From contig CM060732.1 of the NCBI GenBank assembly GCA_030704615.1, positions 79,546,001 through 79,610,000 on the forward strand: 64,000 nucleotides of DNA. Reading direction: 5' to 3'. Below the pieces are notes generated by a model. It was not told where the DNA came from. It searched no databases and was given only the letters and a program-made list of their open reading frames with translations. How positions within the stretch are numbered: the stretch's first letter is position 1; each line of letters begins with the position of its first letter. The translations under genes and the position numbers were made by a program. Origin of the DNA: Takakia lepidozioides (Eukaryota > Plantae > Bryophyta). Below are positions 1 to 10,628 of the stretch, piece by piece.

Positions 1-354
1 GGAAGCTTCTTAGGAAAGCTTCTTAGTAGCCAGTATATATAGGAGGCGAGACTTGACACTTTTTAGTCTCGCCAACACCAATTCAAGCTACTCTTGTTTC
101 CAATTCCCAGTACTCCAGTCCAGTTCCCAATACTCTAGCCCAGTTTCCAGTATTTGGTACTCCAGTCCAGTTTCCAGCATTCCAGTATTCAAGTCATGTT
201 CCAATATCTTATACTCTTGTTCATTGTTATAAAGATCGTCTTGATTCCTATTTACTCATCGTAAATACGGCCACGCCGACCTTGACTTCTTGTCTAGTCT
301 TGTACCTCTAGTCTGATTTCTTGTTTGTGTTCAGTCATGTTCTCGTCCTTGACA
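1..354 (+). mobile_element. Probable 3' part of an LTR (different family from copies A/B)
   Basis: TATATATAGG at about 34-43, then a 9-bp hairpin GGCGAGACT(45-53)/AGTCTCGCC(65-73), short CCAGT-rich repeats and an end at ...CTTGACA (354). The start lies outside the window. Confidence 0.45.
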
Positions 355-604
355 GATGATAGAAGTCTGAAAAAGGTGGCAGGGCGAAGCTGGATATAGA
401 TCACACCACAAACAGGGGAGATCTTTCCAATCTTGAAACATTGCGGAAGGGGATGAAAGAGAGGATACGCTTCTGACACATTTTGTGTTGCGTACTCTGG
501 ATTAAGTGCAGAAAATGGTAGTCTGTATATGTGGAGTCCTCGCATGGACCTTGTCTCTGATGGTAAAAAAAAATACAAGACCTATGCAGGTTGCAGCCTG
601 AAGA

Positions 605-850
605 CAAGGCTTTTGGATCGCCAATTTTTACTCAGGCGAGGAGAAGCTGTGGAATGAATACTTTTCTGACCCCTGTTAATGGTGGGACAATCGAGGCAAA
701 AAAGTAAATGCATGTTGGATAACAGAGAGTAGCAGATGCAATTGAGCATAAGAACTAGTATGATAAGTTGAGTTGGGTATTTCCTAGAACAAATCTAGGC
801 TGTCATTGTTGGCTGCTAGCAGCAAAACAATGATGTATGCATGAGTGGTT
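605..850 (+). pseudogene. PDF-motif (OSB-type) coding remnant directly upstream of PPR fragments
   Basis: Translates as EEKLWNEYFSDPC*WWDNRGKKVN (638-709), the N-half of a PDF motif. 638-845 aligns by eye to the reverse complement of about 18325-18540. Confidence 0.65.
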
Positions 851-854
851 GAGC

Positions 855-1327
855 AAAGGGAGTCTTTGACAATGTGGCTGAATGAAATGTGGTGTCGTGG
901 AATGCGATGATCGTAGGATATGCCCAGCATGGTTGTCAAGGTCCTGCAACTATTTGAAGGAATGCGAAAGAACGGCTTGAAGCCGGACAGTATCACCTTT
1001 ATATGTGTTCTTTCTGCATGCAGCCACACTGGCCTACTGAAATCCAGATGTTGTGGTGTGGGAGGCCTTGCTTGGTGCCTGCAGAATCCATGGCAATGTG
1101 GAGATGACGCGACTTATGTGTTGCTATCAAACATCTATGCCGCAGCTGGCAGGTGGGATGATATTGCAAAGGTGAGAAGAATGATCACGGTCAGAGGGGT
1201 TAGAAAGGAATCAGGAGCCAGGTCGCTGCTGCATTGAGATTGGCAACAGGGTGCACACCTTCATGTAGATGACAAGTTGCATCCCAGAATTAAGGAAATC
1301 CATGCTGAGCTGAGAAGATTGTCTGGG
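855..1327 (+). pseudogene. PPR E1/E2/E+ pseudogene fragment with internal deletions
   Basis: KPDSITFICVLSACSHTGL, VVWEALLGACRIHGNVE, ATYVLLSNIYAAAGRWDD...GVRKE and IEIGNRVHTF...HPRIKEIHAEL, in shifting frames. Confidence 0.85.
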
Positions 1328-1391
1328 TGGAATGACTTTGACAAATAACTGCCAATGTGGCAGCAAGAAAGTATCCAAAAACAGATAACAG

Positions 1392-2020
1392 TGTTCAACA
1401 ATGTGGCTGAATGAATTGTGGTGCCGTGGAACGCCATGCTTATGCACAACATGGGTGCGGGATGGAGGCTTTGGAGACCTATGAGTAAATGATGGTGGAA
1501 GGGGTGAAGCCCGACCATATCACGTCTGTGCGTTTGCAAGCCTGGCAGCCCTGGAAAAGGGCAAAGAGGTGCATGGTTGCATCGCGAAAGCAGGAATTGT
1601 ACCAGATGTGATTTTGAACAATACCCTCGTGGACATGTATGCCAAATGTAGGAGGCATTTCAGCATATTCAGATACGTTTGTCTGTCTTTTGCTTAAGTG
1701 CATCAAGATGAAAGGTCTCGAAGCTGGAAAGCAGGTGCACAATCACATTATCCAAAGTGGATTCACGCCAAGTGTTTTTCTCCTCAGCACCCTTGTCAAC
1801 ATGTCAAACCTGGGAACTCTGGAAAAGGGGAAAGAGGTCCATGGTGACATCGTCAAAGCTAGAATTGTACCAGATGTCATTCTGAACACTGCCCTGGTGG
1901 ACATGTATGCCAAATATGGGTGCATTAAGGATGCGAAGGGAGTTCTCAACACTATGGCTGAACGAGATGTGGTGTCATGGAAGACAATGCTTGCAGGGTA
2001 TGCACAACAAGGACGTGGTA
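1392..2020 (+). pseudogene. PLS-class PPR pseudogene, part left of the copy A insertion
   Basis: P-L-S motifs ([15 protein letters not shown]...VSWKTMLAGYAQQGRG). The frame resumes at 12849 once the insertion is removed. Confidence 0.9.
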
Positions 2021-2347
2021 TGTCAAGTTATTTTACCACTAGTGTGAAACTAGCTAGGAAATAGCTAGCTTTTACATATTGACATTTGGGATTGGCCCAA
2101 GTGTCAATCCAGGGGTCAAGGCAGATTTAGGCCCTAGAGTGGTTATCTTCACGGCAAGCGCGGGAGGCTCATCTTTCTCGAGTTGAGCCTCACCGCGCCT
2201 AGCTATGGCGCCGTAGTGTGGATTCCCCATGGCGTGGGGTGCATTTGGCTTGACTTGTATTTGAGTGATGAGGTTATATATGCATGAGTTTATGCTTCAG
2301 CTTTGTGAGCTCGCATGAGCTTGTGCTTGTATTCTTCTTCTTTATCA
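2021..2347 (+). repeat. 5' LTR of copy A
   Basis: TGTCA...TATCA. 2123-2347 recurs at 12442-12666 with 2 mismatches in 225 bp. Homologous to 56124-56489. Confidence 0.9.
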
Positions 2348-2359
2348 CTCGGGAAAGAT
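2348..2359 (+). promoter_or_regulatory. Putative self-priming primer-binding site, copy A
   Basis: CTCGGGAAAGAT is complementary to LTR 2171-2182 (ATCTTTCTCGAG) with one G-U pair. There is no TGG tRNA-type PBS. Confidence 0.7.
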
Positions 2360-3749
2360 GAGCTCGTGTCTGTGAGTGCCAGATACGAGTTAGTTGTAGC
2401 ACTTGTGGTTTTTGCTTGAGAATGAGAGAAACCAGGTTGTTATGCAAAGAGCACTGTGGAGCTCTTGGTTGTTAGAAGCGGAGGCGATGTGGGTTACGAG
2501 GTGGTAGACCTTGGCATTCGATCTTCAACTTCAGAGATGAAAGCACCATGCTGCAGGTAATTCCAGAGCACCTTGATGGTTTCAGATTGTGTACATGCAT
2601 GAGCAAGCACGATTGGGAAGAGGACCAGTCAAAAGCAGGTTATAGTGGCTTTGGTGGTAAATCTGAGAACTAGCCTTGGGAATGCGAGCTTTCATTGTGT
2701 GAAGGATTGCAAGACCAAACAAAAGGGCTGATTTGGCTTGGGGCAAATCAGTGCACTTTGTGGAGTATGTCGAGATTGGGTTTCAATCTCGAGCTATAGC
2801 ATTGAGAGGGCTCTTGTCATGGCAAGAGCAGGGTTGGAACAGGAGCTAAGAGGTGCGGCAAGGCCATGGAATGTGCACCTAGGGTTTCAAAGCTTGGAAG
2901 AAGTCTTGCACCACAAGAGGAGTGTCTTGTGGCTGGAAATGTAAGCCTTAGGGTTCAAGAGCTTGGCAAGGGCTGTGGAGTGCTTAGTCTTGTCTTAGAG
3001 AGCATCAAGGAGCGAAGGAGCCAAGATAGGGGGCTGATACCTCTTGTCTGAAGAGGTTGCATGTGTGGAGCATGTATTCAGCTCATTGAAGCTTCCATCT
3101 TCAAGCTTGGAGGGCAAGCAAGAAAGGAAGGAAGGGGCTGGTTTCCATGTAGGGCATGTGTGGAGCATGCTTCCAGCCCGCTGAAGTGTGTATTTTCAGG
3201 TTGGTGGGTGCAAGAAAGAAAGCAAAGGGGCTGATTCTCTTATGGTGAGAGTGGGGCATGTGTGGAGCATGCCTTCAGCCCATTGAGGCTCTTGTTTTCA
3301 AGCTTTAGAGAGCTAGAATGGAAGGTCTAGGGCTGGTTTCCACTTGGAGTGAAAGAAAAGCACTTGTAGGGCCTATGTGAGTTGGGGTTTCAACTTCAAG
3401 CTTGAAGGGAGCGCAACTCTTGAAGCAGCAGGTGTAGGGGGCTAGAATAGGCTCTAAGACAGATGCTATGGCCAAGGAGAGTGCTTGAATGAGTGCTCAC
3501 AAGGGCTGGGAACCAGCAGGGCTTGGTTGTTTGCCATTGAGAAAGAAGGCTTGGTTTGTGGCAACCACCTCATGGCTTAGGGCTACTATGGTGGTGTGTG
3601 GGAGCCGAAAGAGCAAGAATACCTTGCTGATTTCCTCACAGCCGCCATAGCTCGGTGGAAAGAAGCCTAGAGTCCAAGAGACACAAACCCTAGCTTGGCG
3701 TGGCTAAACCCCTTGGAGAAATGGCTAAACTGCCAGAGCGGCCATGGAT

Positions 3750-4530
3750 GGGGCTGTGACAGGCTGTGGCCTGTGGCCTGTGGGGCTGTGAGGGGCTGTG
3801 ACAGGCCGTGCCTAAGGCCATTGGGGCTGTGACGGGCTATGAGGGCTGTGTCAGGCCGTGCCTGAGGCCTTTGGGGCTGTGAGGGGCTAGAGGCTGTGGC
3901 GGGCTGTGACAGGCTGTGCCCAGTGGCCTGTGGGGCTGTGACGGGCTGTGAGGGCGGGCTGTGTGGGGTGGGGCTGTGACGGGCTTAAGGGGCTGTGACA
4001 GGCTGTGCCCTGTGGCCTGTGGGGCTGTGACGGGCTGTGACACTGTGGCCTGTGGCCTGTGGGGCTGTGACGGGCTTGAGGGGCTGTGACAGGCTGTGCC
4101 CTGTGGGGCTGTGACAGTTGTGACAGGCTGGCTGTGGCGAGCTGTGACAGGCTGTGATGGGCTGTGATGGATGTGGCGGGCTGTGACAGGCTGTGCCCAG
4201 TGGCCTGTGGGCTGTGACGGGCTGTGACGGCTGTGCCCTGTGGCCTGTGGGCTGTGAGGGCTATGACAGGCTGTGGCGAGCTGTGATGGGCTGTGAGGGC
4301 TGTGACAGGCTGTGCCCAGTGGTGGGGCTGTGACGGGCTGTGAAGGGCTGCTTTGCCCTGTGGCCTGTGGGCTGTGGGGGCTGTGCCCTATGGCCTATGG
4401 GGCTGTGAGGGGCTGTGATAGGCTATGGCCTTTGGGGCTGTGAAGCTATGATCTGTGTAGGGTTGTGACAGGTTTGTGACAGGCTGTGGCTTGTGTGGGC
4501 TGTGACGGCTGTGACTGTGAGCTGTGGGCC
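3750..4530 (+). repeat. Degenerate GGGCTGTGAC/GGCCTGT tandem array in the copy A leader
   Basis: Dozens of copies of GGCTGTG-based 7-10 bp units. Confidence 0.95.
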
Positions 4531-5175
4531 TGTGCTAGTCTGTGGCGGCCCGTGGTGACGGCCTGTGCTGACTCGTGGAGGCACTGGTGGACTGCCTAAG
4601 GACTGACCGAATTTTGAAGCTCGTGGAAGGGCGGTTTGAGGAGTATCCATGGTCATGCAAGTGAGGGAAGAGAGGAGAGAAGAGTGTTGGGATGAGGGCA
4701 TGCTGGGGTTAGGCATTTCTTTAGCTTCTTTCCTTGTAGTTTCCACCCTCTCATTAGGCCAAGACCTTTCCGTAGGTGGAGGCAAGAGTCAGTTTTGGGC
4801 TGGGGTGTCTTTGCAGGAGCAACACCGTGGAGTTGTTTTTGGTGTGGGGGAGTTGTCTTCTGATTTCTTGTGTTTGGATCCCCTCCATACCTGCATGCTT
4901 GACTGTGCGCCATGCTAGTTTGTGTGGGCGCTTGTTTTTATAGGTGATTGGTCCAGATTTGATCACCGTCCTAGAGCATGCTGTAGATGGTGAGGCTGGG
5001 TGATGACCAGCCAGACCATCATTGTTTCTCCTGTGTGAGGTTAGAGGTGATGACCAGTGCTTGCGGTGGATGCAGGTATAGGTGTAGGCTATGTTAGGAA
5101 CTTAGTATTCCAAACCATAAGGTTTCTCTACCCGGTTACCTTGTGGAGAGGGGTTAGGGACATGTTCATGACCGG

Positions 5176-6930
5176 TTGAGTGTCAACACGGAGGTGCCAC
5201 TAGTTGTTGGGGACAGTGCCGGTTCGAGCACTAGAGACACGAGTGTGCGGTTTAGGCCACCTTCACCTCCTGTGTCTTCTACGGAAGGTTCTGATTCGGA
5301 TTGTGAATCAGGAGGACTCACCGGCAAGTTGTTTCTTTGTCATTGTTGTGGGACACAATGGAGGAGATGTATGGAGCTACCAAGGGGCCACGAATGTACT
5401 CTGGGGCGGTGGGCACCATCGAGTTGGATGATTTTATTTGCCAAATTCCATTTTTTTCATGGCATGGAAGGGGCTGTTTCAGCACCTTGAGGGCCGCCTA
5501 TGGATGATTACCATGAGTTCAGGCGGGGGCATGAGGTTGAGATCGAGGAGTGGAGGATGTATTGGTCACCTGACTATGTCTCCATCACTAGGGGCACTAG
5601 AGCCACGAGGGCAGTGGCTACACCTGCCGTTGCACCAGCAGCTTCAGCGAGTAGCAGTGGGACTAGTGGGACTGGTGGTACAGTAGCTACGACGTCCACC
5701 CAGCCACTACCGCACCAGCACTAGTACCCGTGCCTGCCTTCAACCCTGTTGTGGAGTTCTTCGAAGAGTTGAGAGGGAACTACCAAGGGTGAGGACAGAG
5801 AAGTTGCGGAGCTTGCAAGAGTTCCAACGGAAGCCGACCGAGAGCTTGAGGGAGGCTTTCACTTGCATGAGGCGCTTGATAAATGTAACCCAAGGGGTTA
5901 CGGAAGCTCAGGCAGTCCAATTCTGGTATGGGATATTGGACAAGGAGCTGAGGAGAAGGGTGCGGGATGCAACTCTCCTACAAGCGGCCCAACCCACCTT
6001 AGCAAATGTATTTTTGCTGGCAGAGCGAATAGAGCTCAACATGGTGGAGGAACGAGTGGTCATGGTGGGATTTGCTAAGGAGACACCACGGGGTAGTGGT
6101 GCTCCTAGCCAACCACTACCTCAACGTGCTCAACGCAACAGGGGGCTCAGGTGAAGCTCAGGGAAGGGCAGAGAGGACCTCAGATGCAGGGGTCTCTCCC
6201 TTCATTTGCTGGGCAACAACGGGCGGATGTGGTGTGCTGGACATGTGGAGGACCCCATGTCAAGAAGGATTGCCCAGAGGGAGGCAAAGGGCCGGCACAT
6301 GCACAGCCTGCACAGTTGCAGTGTAGGCATTGTGGCAAGCACGGGCATGGAGAGGCCCAGTGTTATGGTTTGCATCCTGAGTTGCGCCCAGGCCAGTTCG
6401 AAGGGAACAATGGTGGCCGGGGCGAGGTGGAGCAGCCCAGAGAGGACGAGGTGGCCAGCCACAAGGTGCAGGCCAAGGGCAAGCTCAACATGGCCAAGGA
6501 CGCGGAGGTCAGGGTGTTGACCAAGGCATGGCCAACCGGCTTCAGCAGCTAGAGCAAAGGCTCGCTGCCATGGCTATAGCTCAGGTGGTACCAACTCTAA
6601 GGCCGGATGGTCCACCTCCTGCTTCTGAGGGAGGAGATATGGGAGGCATGGGATTCATGTGTGGAGCAACACTACCACTAGTGCAGGTGGAGTCTGCTGC
6701 AGCCGTGACTCAAGGAGCAGCACGAGTTCCTGAGCCATGAGGTGCAGAGGTGGAGTTGGATTCACAGCATGGGGAGGCAAGCCGTCAGGCTAGGCTTCCT
6801 CAGTCGTTCACATTGGTGGAGACAGTGTCGACGCCATCCATGGCACCTAGTTCTTGCCCGACTGTTACCGAGGCGGAGGTTACTATGCCATTGGGGAGAG
6901 CTACACGGGTAGCACAGAGTGCGGAGTACA
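5176..6930 (+). pseudogene. gag: gag of copy A (frameshifted)
   Basis: FQRKPTESLREAF...AVQFWYGILDKELR. Zinc knuckles CWTCGGPHVKKDC and CRHCGKHGHGEAQC. Collinear with 58987-60794. Confidence 0.85.
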
Positions 6931-7197
6931 CTTCCCTCGATGGTCTCTTTGCCTACGGAGCCGGTACAGGCAGTGAGTGGGAGCGAGCATGTGAGGACCA
7001 CGGGGTGCAAGCATCCATGGCACACGTGGGAGATGCTCGAGGTTCAGAGGGAGTTGGCAGCCAAGGTGGCGGTGAAAGATGAGGTTGGGGATTTTTCTCG
7101 GGTGGAGGAAGTCCTTGAGGATGAGATGATGGGGCAGGATGAGGCCTTGTCACTGACTGAGCAGGTAGGGAGTACTGCTCAAGAGGTTGCAACATAG

Positions 7198-10128
7198 CAA
7201 CCACTGGACACGTCATCTACCTCTAAGCCCACTGGACTTAAGGTTGCAGTTACGGAGGACAATTGGGAGCCTGACATTGGACCCATTGTCACCGGAGGAG
7301 AGAGACGACGTATACGGCGGTTCCTGAGGGCTTACAGGAATTGCTTTGCCTTCAGTTTTAAGAACTTGGGAGCACTGAAGGGTCAAAAGATCTGTATTGA
7401 GTTAGCCACTTACACGCCAATCTTTTGGAGACCCTATAGATACAGTGACATGGAGAGGTCTTGATTCAGATGAGGACTCAAGATCTCTGGGAGGCAGGTT
7501 TGGTGGAGCTCTCTGGTGGAGAGTATGCTTCAACCACAGTGATGCCAGCCAAGAAGGATGTCTATGGCAATTGGACGGAGAGACGTATGTGCGGTGATTA
7601 TCGGCCTGTAAATCGTCAGACCAAGTCCAATAAGTATGCCATTGCCAACACCAGAGGAGATTTGATGCCATCGGGCATGCTAAGGTCTTTAGCACTTTGG
7701 ATTTACGATCCGGATATCACCAGTTGCCAATCAAGGAGGCGGACAAGCAGAAGACGACATTCTGGGGGATCAATGAGCACGGCAAGGATTGCCTATATCA
7801 GTGGCGGTTCTTACCATTTGGGCTTAAGAATGCTCCTGCAGAGTTTTAGAGAGTCATGGATAGGATTCTAGCAGGGGTGGACTTTGCTCGGTGCTACATA
7901 GATGACATCATCATCTTTAGTGTTACGATGGAGGAGCATGAGAGACACCTTCAGGTGGTATTTGGAGCGCTTGAGAGCGCACGGATTGAAGTTGCATCCG
8001 GGGAAGTGCAAGTTTTTCCACAACCAGATTGAGTATCTGGGTCACATGATATATCTTGGAGGATTGGGGGTACAGCAGACTAAGGTAGAGGCCATTGCAC
8101 AAATTCCACGCCCCACGGATGTGAGCCGAGTTTGAGCTTTCATGGGGTGGCAAACTATTATAGACGGTTTGTCAAGGGATTTAGTACCATTGCAAAGGCT
8201 CTAACCAAGCTGACCAAGGTGGACCAGGAGTGGCAGTGGGAAGATGAGCAGGAACGAGCTTTTCAAGAGCTCAAGGCGAGGTTGACCTCGGTGCCTATCC
8301 TGAGACGACCTATCAGAGGGCATCCCTTTCAGTTGCATACGGATTGGAGCATGCTGGGGCTTGGAGCGGTGCTCACACAGGTGGATGATGAGGGAAGAGA
8401 GTTCATAGTGGCTTATGCTAACCGCTCGAACAACGCTGCAGAGGCTAAGTACAGCTCTCATATGAGGGAGAGTGCTTAGCTGCAATGTGGGCCGTGGCAC
8501 ACTCAGGTGCTATCTATACGGCAATCTTTTCACCGTTATCACGGATCACCTGCCACTCAAGTGGTTGATGGAGTCAGACAAGCTTACGGGGAAGCTTGCA
8601 CGGTGGGCACATACTCCAGGAGTATGACTTTCAGGTTGTGCATCGACCGGGTTTGGTCAATCGGATGCGGATGGATTGAGTCACAGTCCATGCATGAGCC
8701 AGCAAGATGACACTGAAGCTCGGTGGCATGGTAAGACGGACGAGGAGATGGTGCCGGGATGGTACGCATCTGCATTTTTGTGTATCTTGGCATCGGGAGG
8801 TCAGGTTGGATCTACAACAGGGATGACTATAGATGGAGTGTGTCTGAGGACCCCGTGATGAGCCAGGTGGTGCCAGAGATATATATGAGGATTCGGCTGT
8901 ATTGGACTATCTCCGCACAGGAGACACGACAGCCACTGTCACTGCCAGGGAGAGGGATCGGATCCTGCAACGAGCCTAGAGGTTCAAGTGGGAGGGGATA
9001 CACCTACTTCGAGTGTGGGAGGATGGTCGGGTGAGGATTGTGCCTCACCCCACACAGCGTGCACGGTTAGTGCGGCATGCCCATGAGGAGTTGGGGCATT
9101 TTGGAGTGCGACGCACTCACAGTTTACTGCAAGGGCAGTATTTGTGGCGTGGTATGCATACAGAGGTGCAACAGTTTGTGGCTAGGTGCATGGTGTGTGA
9201 CAGGGTGTGTGCTTCATTCAACACCCCTATACCACAGTTGCATCCTTTACCAATCATGGGATTGGGCTACAGGTGGAGTCTTGACTTCGCAGGACTGTTG
9301 CCACTGACTATGCGCCACCACAGATATGTGTTGGTGATGGTGGAGCACTTCTCCAAGTGGATTGAGTTGGTTCCATTGCCTGACAAGGCTAGTGAGGGGG
9401 CTGCGTATGCATTCTTGGATCGTGTGCTTAGCCGATTTGGTGCTCCAGCTCAGGTACTCACGGACCAAGGGGAGAGAGTTCTTGGGGGAGTTTCAGGCTT
9501 TGTGTGATAAAGCCTTGATAGACCACCGCACCACTTCTCGGGATCATCCTGAGGCCGATGGCTTGGCAGAGAGAGTTGTTCAGACGGTGAAGAGGGGTTT
9601 GCGCAAGTATGGCTTGCAAAAGGGACACCTAGGAGATTGAGATCTTCAGGTTCTTTGGTTAGTCATGGGCTACAGGTTCAGCAAACAAGCATCACTTGCC
9701 TCCTTCTCACCATATTTCCTTCTCTTTGGCCGAGAGCCGGATTTGCCTGCAGCCATTCGTAGGGACACTGCTCAAGTCCTTAACCTTGACGATCCGGACG
9801 TGTGGGTACGTGCATGTGATCAGCGTGCAGAGTTGTTCAAGAAAGTCATGCCCATGGCTTTTTGAGAACCTTGTCATTGCGCAGCACCGTGATACGTTGA
9901 GGTATGCCACTATACGTGGTGGAGGATATCGTCCTGGGTTCGGAGGTTTAGCCCTGGTGACTATGTTTATTTGCAGCAGACTGCTCCTACGACTCTGGAT
10001 GTTACTGCAGGGCGTGTTATTCTGAGGGTTCGAGAGGTGTTGCCCTCAGGGGTCCCGATCTTGGAGGGTCAGGATGGCATGACTTGGAAGGACTATGTGC
10101 GTAATTGTGTGCCATGTCACCTTCCCAA
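7198..10128 (+). pseudogene. pol: pol of copy A: RT, RNase H, integrase (frameshifted, cut by the gap)
   Basis: RMCGDYRPVN, YIDD at 7895-7906, LHTDWS...LGAVL. HHCC motif HAHEELGHFG...CMVC and DDE core WSLDFAG / LTDQG / ADGLAERVVQ. GPY/F-like GGGYRP region. Confidence 0.95.
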
Positions 10129-10628
10129 NNNNNNNNNNNNNNNNNNNNNNNNNNNNNNNNNNNNNNNNNNNNNNNNNNNNNNNNNNNNNNNNNNNNNNNN
10201 NNNNNNNNNNNNNNNNNNNNNNNNNNNNNNNNNNNNNNNNNNNNNNNNNNNNNNNNNNNNNNNNNNNNNNNNNNNNNNNNNNNNNNNNNNNNNNNNNNNN
10301 NNNNNNNNNNNNNNNNNNNNNNNNNNNNNNNNNNNNNNNNNNNNNNNNNNNNNNNNNNNNNNNNNNNNNNNNNNNNNNNNNNNNNNNNNNNNNNNNNNNN
10401 NNNNNNNNNNNNNNNNNNNNNNNNNNNNNNNNNNNNNNNNNNNNNNNNNNNNNNNNNNNNNNNNNNNNNNNNNNNNNNNNNNNNNNNNNNNNNNNNNNNN
10501 NNNNNNNNNNNNNNNNNNNNNNNNNNNNNNNNNNNNNNNNNNNNNNNNNNNNNNNNNNNNNNNNNNNNNNNNNNNNNNNNNNNNNNNNNNNNNNNNNNNN
10601 NNNNNNNNNNNNNNNNNNNNNNNNNNNN
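10129..10628. other. Assembly gap (500 N)
   Basis: Run of N. Confidence 1.
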
